This document shows positions 10,161 to 22,100 of a stretch of DNA of 64,000 bases, in pieces. The stretch comes from Macrostomum lignano (taxonomy: Eukaryota): assembly GCA_002269645.1 (NCBI GenBank), contig NIVC01001552.1, positions 205,134 to 269,133 of the forward strand, in the 5' to 3' direction. Both the position numbers and the translations under genes were made by a program. A model generated the notes under the pieces. It saw only the letters and a program-made list of their open reading frames with translations, searched no databases and was not told the DNA's origin. Each line of letters begins with the position of its first letter. The stretch's first letter is position 1.

Positions 10161-13100
10161 ATGTCAGACCTGGAAGCCACAGCCCGTCCCAGCTCAAAAA
10201 AACAGCGGCTTGATGCAGGGCCAGATGGTCAGGAGTTTCCAGACTCGCCACTTGCTGTGAGTCTGACCTTGGAAATTCGCATTTGTATAGTTGCAAGAAT
10301 AATCTGTTAAAGTGTTGTGCAAAAAAATCTGTGCAATCACTGCGAGTTGTCAAAACCACTCGCAGGCCGCCGACTGCTGCCCCATCGAGTGGCTGCCCAC
10401 CGAGTTGCTGGAGCGGGTGCTGACCGAGCTGGACCAGACCAGCCTTGGCCGATGTGCTCAGGTGAGCAGGCTCTGGCACCAGGTCGTCATGCAGCCACTG
10501 CTGTGGACCAAAATCCACATTGACGGGTCCAATTGGGAAGTGCGGTCCAAGAATTTAGTCGATGAAATTGTCAAGCTGCCTCAGCTGCTGTTCGCATCTG
10601 CCAATTTGACCTGCCTCAGTCTGGACCACGTTGAAGTCTGCTTAGTTAAGTCCCTGGTGACTCTGGCGGGCCGCAGATGCCCGAACCTGCGGGAGCTGCG
10701 CCTGATTCGGTGCGGGATGTCGCTGACCACCAAGTCGCTAAACAGCCTTCTGGCCGGCTGCCCCAGCCTCTCGCTGCTGCAGATCGAATGCAAACGGCTG
10801 CAGTATGCCGTGGACTTGGACTGTGCGCCTCTGCTCACTAAATTGGTGCAGCGCCTGTCTAGCTTGAAAGTATATATTGATAAGTTTGGCGAGGAATTTG
10901 ATGAGTATTATCTGCGACCGTTCTTTGGCCATGTTGCAGAGTTTCCGCAGCTCGCCAGCCTCTCTATCCAAATTATTGAGTTCTCCGGTGAGTCTTTTTT
11001 GTCTGAGTATCTTCACGTAGACAGAACCTCGCCCAGCAGCTCGGACTCAACTCGGTGCTCAACTCATTCCTTTCAGCTATGCTGCAGCTGCTGGCTCGGA
11101 TGCCGAGTCTGACGCAGCTGGAGTTGAACTCTTCTCTTCGGCTTTGCGGGGCCGATTTGCTGCTGCCGAGGTCGCTGCCTCCGCTGCGCCATCTCAGCAT
11201 CTGCTGCGAGTTGGATAAAGACGCTGCTGGAATCCAGGAGCTGCTGGGCGGCTTCCCGCAGCTGCAGAGCCTCCAGCTAGAGCTGGATTCTGCTGGCCGA
11301 AGCCTGCCCACCTCCGAGGTCATCGGGATTCTGCGTATTTTACCTGCCAACCTGACCGACCTGCGTCTGAGACTGTATGCTTATGCTGAGTTAAACGACA
11401 CGGAAGAGGCTGACTGGGCCAAGCTGCTGCCGCCCCGGCTGTGGCGACTGGAGCTGGAAGGACACAAAATCATTCAAGGCACCGGGCTTGAGCTGATGAA
11501 GTCATTGGCCTGCCGCTCAAGTGAGTGGGTCAGTGGGTGTGTTGGTGAGGGAGCTGCTCAGGTGAGTGGGTGTGTTGGTGTGAGCTGCTCAGGTGAGTGG
11601 GTGTGTTGATGAGGGAGTTGCTCATGTGAGTGGGTGTGTTGATGAGGGAGTTGCTCATGTGAGTGGGTGTGTTGGTGAGGGAGCTGCTCAGGTGAGTGGG
11701 TGTGTTGATGAGGGGGCTGCTCAGGTGAATGTTTGTGTTGATGAGGGAGCTGCTCAGGTGAGTGGGTGTTGGTGAGGGAGCTGCTCAGGTGAGTGGGTGT
11801 GTTAGTGAGGGAGCTGCTCAGGTGAGTGTTTGTGTTGATGAGGGAGCTGCTCAGGTGAATGTTTGTGTTGATGAGGGAGCTGCTCAGGTGAGTGGGTGTT
11901 GGTGAGGGAGCTGCTCAGGTGAGTGGGTGTGTTAGTGAGGGAGCTGCTCAGGTGAGTGGCTCAGTGGGTGGGTGGGTTGTGTGTGAACTGCTCAGGTGTG
12001 TGAGTGTGCTGATGAGGGAGCTGCTCAAGTGAGTGGGTGTGTTGATGAGGGAGCTGCTCAAGTGAGTGGGTGTGTTGATGAGGGAGCTGCTCGGGTGAGT
12101 GGGTGTGTTGATGAGGGAGCTGCTCGGGTGAGTGGGTGTGTTGATGAGGGAGCTGCTCAAGTGAGTGGGTGTGTTGATGAGGGAGCTGCTCAGGTGAGTG
12201 GGTGTGTTGATGAGGGAGCTGCTCAGGTGAGTGGGTGTTGGTGAGGGAGCTGCTCAGGTGAGTGGCTCAGTGGGTGGGTGGGTTGTGTGTGAACTGCTCA
12301 GGTGTGTGGGTGTGCTGATGAGGGAGCTGCTCAAGTGAGTGGGTGTGTTGATGAGGGAGCTGCTCAAGTAAGTGGGTGTGTTGATGAGGGAGCTGCTCGG
12401 GTGAGTGGGTGTGTTGATGAGGGAGCTGCTCGGGTGAGTGGGTGTGTTGATGAGGGAGCTGCTCAAGTGAGTGGGTGTGTTGATGAGGGAGCTGCTCAGG
12501 TGAGTGGGTGTGTTGATGAGGGAGCTGCTCAAGTGAGTGGGTGTGTTGATGAGGGAGCTGCTCAGGTGTGTGGGTGTGTTGATGAGGGAGCTGCTCAAGT
12601 GAGTGGGTGTGTTGATGAGGGAGCTGCTCGGGTGAGTGGGTGTGTTGATGAGGGAGCTGCTCGGGTGAGTGGGTGTGTTGATGAGGGAGCTGCTCGGGTG
12701 AGTGGGTGTGTTGATGAGGGAGCTGCTCGGGTGAGTGGGTGTGTTGATGAGGGAGCTGCTCGGGTTAGTGGGTGTGTTCATGAGGGAGCTGCTCGGGTGA
12801 GTGGGTGTGTTGATGAGGGAGCTGCTCGGGTCAGTGGGTGGGTTGTGTGTGAACTGCTCAAGTGAGGGTACTTTTAACCAAGGAGCCAATAGAACTCATG
12901 ATTTCCAATTGTTACGCAGCTCTGGCTGAGCTGAAAATCGATTTCTGCACCGACGACCTGCTGCGGGCTCTGCTCTCCCAGCTGCCCCGCTTGCGCAGCC
13001 TCTGCATCACCGACTGCAGCCGCCTGACTCGCCAGGCCTGGGCAAATCTGCGAGACCTGCAGACCAGCGCTGCCTTCCAGTGCGACCTGCACGAGTTCGA

Positions 13101-15256
13101 GGCCTTCGGTTGCGATTGCAGCCTTTGTGACGAGGGAGTGGCGGCTCTGTGCACCAGTCCGATCGCCAGGGCCTGCGGCGGCTCTGCCTGCAGCCGGACA
13201 GGTGCAGCCGCCAGCTGACTGCCGCCTCTCTCGCCAGCATTGCCAGCGGCTGTCCGTGGCTGACCCAGCTGGCTCTGAACGCGGAATTCTCCGATGCTGA
13301 GCTGCAGGCCTTTTGTGCTTCCTACCAGCACAGCGTGAAGGTTAGCCGCTATATGTACTAGTGACCCGCAACTGGCACAAGTTCCATCCATCCAGCCACT
13401 TCCATCACGTTGAGTTTAACATCATTTTATCTGTCTATCCCATTGCTCAACCTGTTTATGCAGTGCTCAACCTGTTTATGCAGTGCTCAACCTGTTTATC
13501 CCAGTGCTCAACCAGTTTATCCCAGTGCTCAACCAGTTTATCCCAGTGCTCAACCAGTTTATCTTACTGCTCAACCAGTTTATCCCACTGCTCAACCAGT
13601 TTATCCCAGTGCTCAACCAGTTTATCCCAGTGCTCAACCAGTTTATCCCAGTGCTCAACCAGTTTATCCCAGTGCTCAACCAGTTTATCCCAGTGCTCAA
13701 CCAGTTTATCCCACTGCTCAACCAGTTTATCCCACTGCTCAACCAGTTTATCCCACTGCTCAACCAGTTTATCCCAGTGCTCAACCAGTTTATCTTACTG
13801 CTCAACCAGTTTATCCCAGTGCTCAACCAGTTTATCCCACTGCTCAACCAGTTTATCCCAGTGCTCAACCAGTTTATCTTACTGCTCAACCAGTTTATCC
13901 CAGTGCTCAACCAGTTTATCCCACTGCTCAACCAGTTTATCCCACTGCTCAACCAGTTTATCCCACTGCTCAACCAGTTTATCCCACTGCTCAACCAGTT
14001 TATCCCTGCAGTGCTCAACCAGTTTATCCCAGTGCTCAACCAGTTTATCCCACTGCTCAACCAGTTTATCCCAGTGCTCAACCAGTTTATCCCACTGCTC
14101 AACCAGTTTATCCCAGTGCTCAACCAGTGTATATGCATTTGTTTCAGGTTTTCTACTGCATTTGCTTCATTCTCATACGTCTCTATAAACTGAGCTAATA
14201 TGTTTATAGGCTCACTTTTTATTGTTGTAATTCGCTGCACCTTGCTATTAATTAAAAAGGTTTTACACGTCAGCATACGTTCAAGTTTTTCGCGCGTGTA
14301 TTATTGGTGCTTTGGTAATTGTCGCCCTCTAAACAATCACTTTCATTTGATTGGCTGGTCGCAGTGGATTGGATTGGCTGGTCAGAATGGGTTTCATTGG
14401 ATGTGCAGAATGGGTTTCATTGGATGTGCAGAATGGAATTAATTGGCTGAAAATAATAAGTTTGATTGGCTTTTGAATTGGTTTGATTTGATTGGCTAGG
14501 CAGAATGAATTTGATTGGCTGGGCAGAATGGATTCAATTGGCTGAGAAAAATGGATTTGATTGGCTAGACCAAATGGATTATATTGGCTAGGCAGAATGG
14601 ATTTGATTGGCTATGCAAACTGGATTTGATTGGCTGGCAGCGTGGATTTGATTTGATTGGCTAGGCAGAATGAATTTGATTGGCTGGGCAGAATGGATTC
14701 AATTGGCTGAGAAAAATGGATTTGATTGGCTAGACCAAATGGATTATATTGGCTAGGCAGAATGGATTTGATTGGCTATGCAAACTGGATTTGATTGGCT
14801 GGCAGCGTGGATTTGATTGGCTGGCAGCGTGGATTTGATTGGCTGTGCAGAATGGATTTGATTGGCTATGCAAACTGGATTTGATTGGCTGGCAGCGTGG
14901 ATTTGATTGGCTGGGCAGAATGGGTTTGATTGGCTGGGCAGAATCGGTTTGATTGGCTGGGCAGAATGGGTTTGATTGGCTGGGCAGAATGGGTTTGATT
15001 GGCTGGGCAGAATGGGTTTGATTGGCTGGGCAGAATGGGTTTGATTGGCTGGGCAGAATGGGTTTGATTGGCTGGGCAGAATGGGTTTGATTGGCTGGGC
15101 AGAATGGGTTTGATTGGCTGGGCAGAATGGGTTTGATTGGCTGGCTGTCAGATGGGCTGATTTCCTCAGGTCTTCAAAATAGAGTCGTGCAGTTCAGTGA
15201 ACTGCTGTAATCAGTCGTGCTTCAGGTCAATCTGCAGGTTTTTTTTCCAAATCTAG
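10161..15256 (+). CDS. F-box/leucine-rich-repeat (FBXL-like) protein. Exons 10161-10256, 10366-10987, 11077-11520, 12920-13340 (with a -1 frameshift near 13170) and a probable last exon 15170-15256
   Basis: F-box LPTELLERVLTELDQTSLGRCAQVSRLWHQV, LRR-like LxxLxLxxC repeats, N-terminal KKQRL. GT-AG sites have matching phases (0,1,1,0). The last exon is inferred only from the acceptor TTTCCTCAG and phase. Confidence 0.8.
11521..12862 (+). repeat. 33-bp minisatellite (~40 units, GTGAGTGGGTGTGTTGATGAGGGAGCTGCTCAG) filling F-box intron 3
   Basis: Direct reading; the array begins exactly at the splice donor. Confidence 0.96.
13440..14130 (+). repeat. 21-bp minisatellite (CAGTGCTCAACCAGTTTATCC)
   Basis: Direct reading. 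Confidence 0.96.
14345..15145 (+). repeat. 22-23-bp minisatellite with a TGATTGGCT core
   Basis: Direct reading; homogeneous 23-mer GATTGGCTGGGCAGAATGGGTTT at the 3' end. Confidence 0.95.
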
Positions 15257-16149
15257 GAGTAAATAGTCTAACAACCTTTATTTAAGTTAGGATTATTTAT
15301 TCATTTAAAAACATTGTATCGAAATGTACTTTTATAGCTTAGTAAAACGGCGACTGCTAGGATAATGAAATCTTTCAGTAAAATAGCCCTTGCATACCAT
15401 ACTCGTATATGACGTACACATATTACTAATACATGTAAAATTATATACAACAATTACAGTTAAATTTTAAATTCTCTAGCAAGTCTATACGTGTACTGGT
15501 AAAGCAAGCAAGTATGCTTTAAAACGGTAGAATTACAAAAGCTATGACGGATTTTACTGTTTTCAAAACGATAATTTTACTAGCGCATTATAACACAACG
15601 ATTAAGTTTTCCATGTACAATGCCATGTACGAACAGTTTGCTTAATTCCTTAAAAAACCACATTTTGACAAAACATGCTTTGGTGCAAATCATGTATAAC
15701 ATTGCATATTGTGGCTATTAAATTAAATTACGTGTGCATGCAAAAATGGATCCAAAATTTGATATACAGAGATTAGGTGTGCCCAGCAAATTTATAAATA
15801 CATTGGCAAGAGTAAAATCAATAATATTATTTTATTATAATTTATCAAATATAAGTAAGAGCAATTATGAAAGCTTAAAGCTAAAAGATTCGTTTTATCG
15901 GTAGCTGCAGGTGCAAAAATCAGATTCACAAATGATGCAGTTCTATGTACATGTACATCTGTTAAGCCTGAACTGCACGCGTGTTTGAATGTGTGCATGC
16001 ATGACGTCATAATAATATCAATCCGGAAAATAAAGGCTCTCGTTATCAAAATTAAACATCCCATATACTAAAAATGAAAATTATATTCTATTGATACTTG
16101 GGTTAACCAAAAAATATTTACGCTAAAATCTATAAATTTATTCGCTTAA

Positions 16150-19100
16150 TTAGTGCCTCTGAGATCGTCCAATTTCAGCCAGAGCTCTCGTCCTCAGCCA
16201 GTCAATCTCGGGATAAAGCAATTGGTCTTCTACTGAAGCGGCTGCTGATTTTTGTCGGCCCTGATTTAATTGCTCCGTTGGCTTGCTATCAACTCCGCTA
16301 CAACTGGGCCCGTCGGTTGAGTCTAAAGTTGACGTTGCACTTTTCGGCATGTCCAGTGTGGCATAGTGTTGACGAAATGAGGACGAGGCTTCATTGTTGG
16401 CTTCCGTGCCAGTGTGCAGCGTCAATGACTTCAAAGTTGCCGCGGCTGTATCCTGCAAATTAGTGTTGCAAATAAATGCATGAGAACAGCAGACAGCCAC
16501 TTTGATAAGACCTGGAGAACAGCAGACAGCCACTTTGATAAGACACTGGAGAACAGCAGAGAGCCACTTTGATAAGACCTGGAGAACAGCAGACAGCCAC
16601 TTTGATAAGACACTGGAGAACAGCAGAGAGCCACTTTGATAAGACCTGGAGAACAGCAGACAGCCACTTTGATAAGACACTGGAGAACAGCAGAGAGCCA
16701 CTTTGATAAGACCTGGAGAACAGCAGACAGCCACTTTGATAAGACACTGGAGAACAGCAGACAGCCACTTTTATAAGACACTGGAGAACAGCAGACAGCC
16801 ACTTTGATAAGACACTGGAGAACAGCAGACAGCCACTTTGATAAGACACTGGAGAACAGCAGACAGCCTTTGAAAAGACACCAGAGAACAACAGACAGCC
16901 CCTTTGATTAGACAATGGAGAACAGCAGACAGCCTTTGAAAAGACACCAGAGAACAGCAGACAGCCTCTTTGATGAGACACTGGAGAACAGCAGACAGCC
17001 TTTGAAAAGACACCAGAGAACAACAGACAGCCTCTTTGATAAGACACTGGAGAACAGCAGACAGCCTTTGAAAAGACACCAGAGAACAACAGACAGCCCC
17101 TTTGATTAGACAATGGAGAACAGCAGACAGCCTTTGAAAAGACACCAGAGAACAGCAGACAGCCACTTTGATGAGACACTGGAGAACAGCAGACAGCCTT
17201 TGAAAAGACACCAGAGAACAACAGACAGCCTCTTTGATAAGACACTGGAGAACAGCAGACAGCCTTTGAAAAGACACCAGAGAACAACAGACAGCCCTTT
17301 GATTAGACAATGGAGAACAGCAGACAGCCTTTGAAAAGACACCAGAGAACAGCAGACAGCCACTTTGATAAGACACTGGAGAACAGCAGACAGCCTTTGA
17401 AAAGACACCAGAGAACAACAGACAGCCTCTTTGATAAGACACTGGAGAACAGCAGACAGCCACTTTGATGAGACACTGGAGAACAGCAGACAGCCACTTT
17501 GATGAGACACTGGAGAACAGCAGACAGCCACTTTGATGAGACACTGGAGAACAGCAGACAGCCACTTTGATGAGACACTGGAGAACAGCAGACAGCCTTT
17601 GAAATACACCAGAGAACAGCAGACAACCCCTTTGATAAGACACCAGAGAACATCAGACAGCCCCTTTGATAAGACACCAGAGAACATCATCAGACAGCCC
17701 CTTTGATAAAACACCAGAGAACATCATCAGACAGCCCTTTGATAAGACACTTGAGAACCAGAACTGACTAAAGTTGTATTTTAGTTAGCTGGTAATTTCC
17801 TAAATTCAGCGAGTTTCAAGTGCAAATGATAAAGCTGTTATGTTAAATGCAAAATTTTATCAGAAAAATTGTTACAACCCAAAGCATGCACGAATATTTC
17901 AGAAAGATTTGATATGTGTGCTGCGCATCACAGGGTCCACTTTAGGTGCGCATATTTTTCCTAACGCCGATGCACACTGAAAATTTTTGTTTAAATTCTT
18001 CAAAATGATGTGGTCATGCGAAAAATGACGAAATGCCTAAAAATAGTGCCTGCCCTAATACGCTCGTACCAGTTTCTTACTGCATTTTCGAGATCATAAA
18101 CTCGCCGCTATACACAGCTAAAGCATTACAAGTCTACGGCTACAAATATTTTAATCACTGTAATTTGAAGTATCAAATTTCGTGATTAGGAAATTAAAAA
18201 CTTATTAACTATCAAAATTTACACAACATCCCATCATTCGACGCTAAAAATCCCAAAACTCTAAGAATCTGATATCCTATGATTTTGAAGCATGTAAAAT
18301 CCCAAAACTCTAAGAATCTGATATCCTATGATTTTGAAGCATGTAAAATCCCAAAACTCTAAGAATCTGATATTCCATGATTTTGAAGCATGTAAAATCC
18401 CAAAACTCTAAGAATCTGATATCATATGATTTTGAAGCATGTAAAATCCCAAAACTCTAAGAATCTGATATTCCATGATTTTGAAGCATGTAAAATCCCA
18501 AAACTCTAAGAATCTGATATCCTATGATTTTGAAGCATGTAAAATCCCAAAACTCTAAGAATCTGATATCCTATGATTTTGAAGCATGTAAAATCCCAAA
18601 ACTCTAAGAATCTGATATCCTATGATTTTGAAGCATGTAAAATCCCAAAACTCTAAGAATCTGATATTCCATGATTTTGAAGCATGTAAAATCCCAAAAC
18701 TCTAAGAATCTGATATCCCATGATTTTGAAGCATGTAAAATCCCAAAACTCTAAGAATCTGATATTCCATGATTTTGAAGCATGTAAAATCCCAAAACTC
18801 TAAGAATCTGATATCCCATGATTTTGAAGCATGTAAAATCCCAAAACTCTAAGAATCTGATATCCCATGATTTTGAAGCATGTAAATCCCAAAACTCTAA
18901 GAATCTGATATCCTATAATTTTGAAGCATGTAAAATCCCAAAACTCTAATAATCTGATATCCCATGATTTTTAAGCATGTAAAATCCCAAAACTCTAAGA
19001 ATCTGATATCCTATGATTTTGAAGCATGTAAAATCCCAAAACTCTAAGAATCTGATATCCTATGATTTTGAAGCATGTAAAATCCCAAAACTCTAAGAAT

Positions 19101-22100
19101 CTGATATCCTATGATTTTGAAGCATGTAAAATCCCAAAACTCTAAGAATCTGATATCCCATGATTTTGAAGCATGTAAATCCCAAAACTCTAAGAATCTG
19201 ATATCCTATAATTTTGAAGCATGTAAAATCCCAAAACTCTAATAATCTGATATCCCATGATTTTTAAGCATGTAAAATCCCAATACTCTAAGAATCTGAT
19301 ATCCTATGATTTTGAAGCATGTAAAATCCCAAAACTCTAAGAATCTGATATCCTATGATTTTGAAGCATGTAAAATCCCAAAACTCTAAGAATCTGATAT
19401 CCTATGATTTTGAAGCATGTAAAATCCCAAAACTCTAAGAATCTGATATCCTATGATTTTGAAGCATGTAAAATCCCAAAACTCTAAGAATCTGACATCC
19501 CATGATTTTGAAGCTTAAAATCCACAAAATCAACAAATGGGAAGTTCTAAAATTTGAAGCTTAAGATCCCAAAAAGCTAGAAACCCTGAAATGCATATAA
19601 TAATGCGTATAATAAAAGCAATGATTATAAAATTCCCATGTCGTTTTCTAACCTCGCAACCGACACTCTGTAAAGAGTCGATAGAGTCACCGCCGCCCGC
19701 GCCACCGCCAGCTCCTTGCAAGTTGACGTAGCCATCAAGACTGGCCTTCACTGTCTGCTCCGCCAGCTCCAGAGTCCCCCGCCCGAGCCCTGAGTCAGTC
19801 TCGTCTCGATAAGCTCCTTCGCTGTCCCTGCTCGATGCGCACCGAAGCCCGCCGGTTGCTAGCCGAAGCTCCTCGGCCCAGCGCTGCATGTCCGCGAGAC
19901 TGTCTGCCAGCAGGTAGAACAGCCTCGGACGCTCCTTACGATGGCGCTGGATGCATTCAAAGCTGAGAAATGGTTGCTGATGGTGCAGACGGTTCCGCTG
20001 GTCCCGGGCCAGGGTCCGAGCCAGACGCAGAGGCGGGGGTACCAGGGTTGCTAGGGCTCTGATTGTGTCCACTAAGATTTGGCCTCTGACAGCTGACATG
20101 CTGTGGTCTGTGTAATAGTACAACTGGTACTGCGCTGACGGTTCCAGCTCAGCGGATGACGGAGTTAGGCGAGTGAGGACGAAGTAGCGTCGATGCCATA
20201 GCTGGATGGGGAAGATGGGAAGCGGGATTAATAAAAACATGGGAATATTAATTAGCTACTTAAGCTACTAATCTGTAGATGTTCTACTGACAATATTTTT
20301 ATACTTCGATCTATTCTTAAAGCCACTTGCTGATCACCTATATCTTAGCTAAATATCCATCCCACAGTCTCCATCTCAGTCCATGACAACATACTCAAAT
20401 TTCAAATCACATTCTCCATCAGTCTTAGCTACCACACGCCAACTTCAGATCCTAAACATACCCATCTCAGATCCCACACTCTCATCTCAGATTCCAAATT
20501 CCCTATCTCAGATCCCACACTCTCAATCTCAGATCCCACACTCCCAATCTCAGATCCCACACTCCCAATCTCAGATCCCACACTCATCTCAGATCCCACA
20601 CTCCCAATCTCAGATCCCACACTCATCTCAGATCCCACACTCCCAATCTCAGATCCCACACTCATCTCAGATCCCACACTCCCAATCTCAGATCCCACGC
20701 TCCCATCTCAGATCCCACACTCCCAATCTCAGATCCCACACTCATCTCAGATCCCACACTCCCAATCTCAGATCCCACACTCTCAATCTCAGATCCCACG
20801 CTCCCATCTCAGATCCCACACTCCCAATCTCAGATCCCACACTCATCTCAGATCCCACACTCCCAATCTTAGATCCCACACTTCCATCTCAGATCTCACA
20901 CTCCTATCTTAGATCCCACTCTTCCAACTTAAATCATACAGAGGGCTAAAAGAAGTCGATTTACAATTTGCTTTACAATCCTACTGGACATTAATTATCA
21001 AGCATCCTGTTTATACGAGTTACATGAAACGGATCAACTATATTGCGCATGTTTATGCTACAAATGTACAGATTTATTTCAGAGTGATAGCAAGTTAGCT
21101 AAGCGTTGCTTTTAAACAACCTTTTATTTCGTTTGTCTGCCGATGCCTGCCGCTCGTGCCTGGAAGACTTTCTAATAGCTATAAACAGGAATCCAGGTGC
21201 GCACGATAATATAGAATTTGATACTTGATTACTTTTTTGCAACATTTCATGAACGTCGTGGATATATATATTATATAATATGAGTCACTAGTTTGAATTT
21301 TCCAGTTTTTTATTACCAATATTTAGAAATCTTACAGTTTCACAAATTTTTTCATTTATAAGCACGAAATTGTCATAAAAATTTGTTTAAAAATCTGTCC
21401 ATTTTCACACATTCAGCGAGAGGTGCTATTGCATAATAGTTGAAGCCAACCGGGAAATATTATTAAACTTGTCTCGGAACGCAAATCTCTGTTATCGTGT
21501 CGTTTCAACTAAGATTGTTTAGACAATCGCCTGCAATGACGTCATAAATGAAATGCGTTATACTCTCCTATACTAGAACTTCAGGGTCATCGAGTGCAAT
21601 ATCATGAATCACGCATTAAAATCGTGCATGGCGCACGAATTTCGGTGGCCCAATTTTACAATGAAAGATTGTGGATTTCAATAGCGATAAGATGGCTGCT
21701 GGCCATATAAAGCAGCAACAGACAGAAAGTGTCCTTCATCCTTTTCTCTGGATACTTTTGTCTCTCGGTTGATCGTGGATCGTGATCCTTCAACCATAGA
21801 CAAAATTCTGTGAAGGGTGGCGGGGACCGCTTGCTAAGAACAACAATGGACAAGAAAGTCTATGTTTGATGCAGAAGCGAGTTAGAGGCAGAAGACCCGT
21901 CAATTGCTGCGGATGGATAAAGGGAATCCCGGGAAATTTTCCCGAGAAAAGGGGTGGACACTTTTGTCTGTTGCTGAGTAGCTCGTATTGTTTATTCATA
22001 AGAAGCGAGATGGAGATGCCTAAATCTCATCATTTATCCCTTTGTTTCAGCAAGGATTTTGAGCAGCAGCGAACGGGGTTTTGCCAATAAAAAAGCACGC

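Noticed and set aside
11593-14276. Long repetitive ORFs (VSGCVDEGAAQ, SAQPVYP, GINWLS and similar)
   Set aside because: Stop-free frames of 33- and 21-bp satellites inside introns; open in several frames on both strands, with no domain evidence
18247-19530. CRISPR-like regular array
   Set aside because: Head-to-tail units with no unique spacers, no cas genes, eukaryotic context
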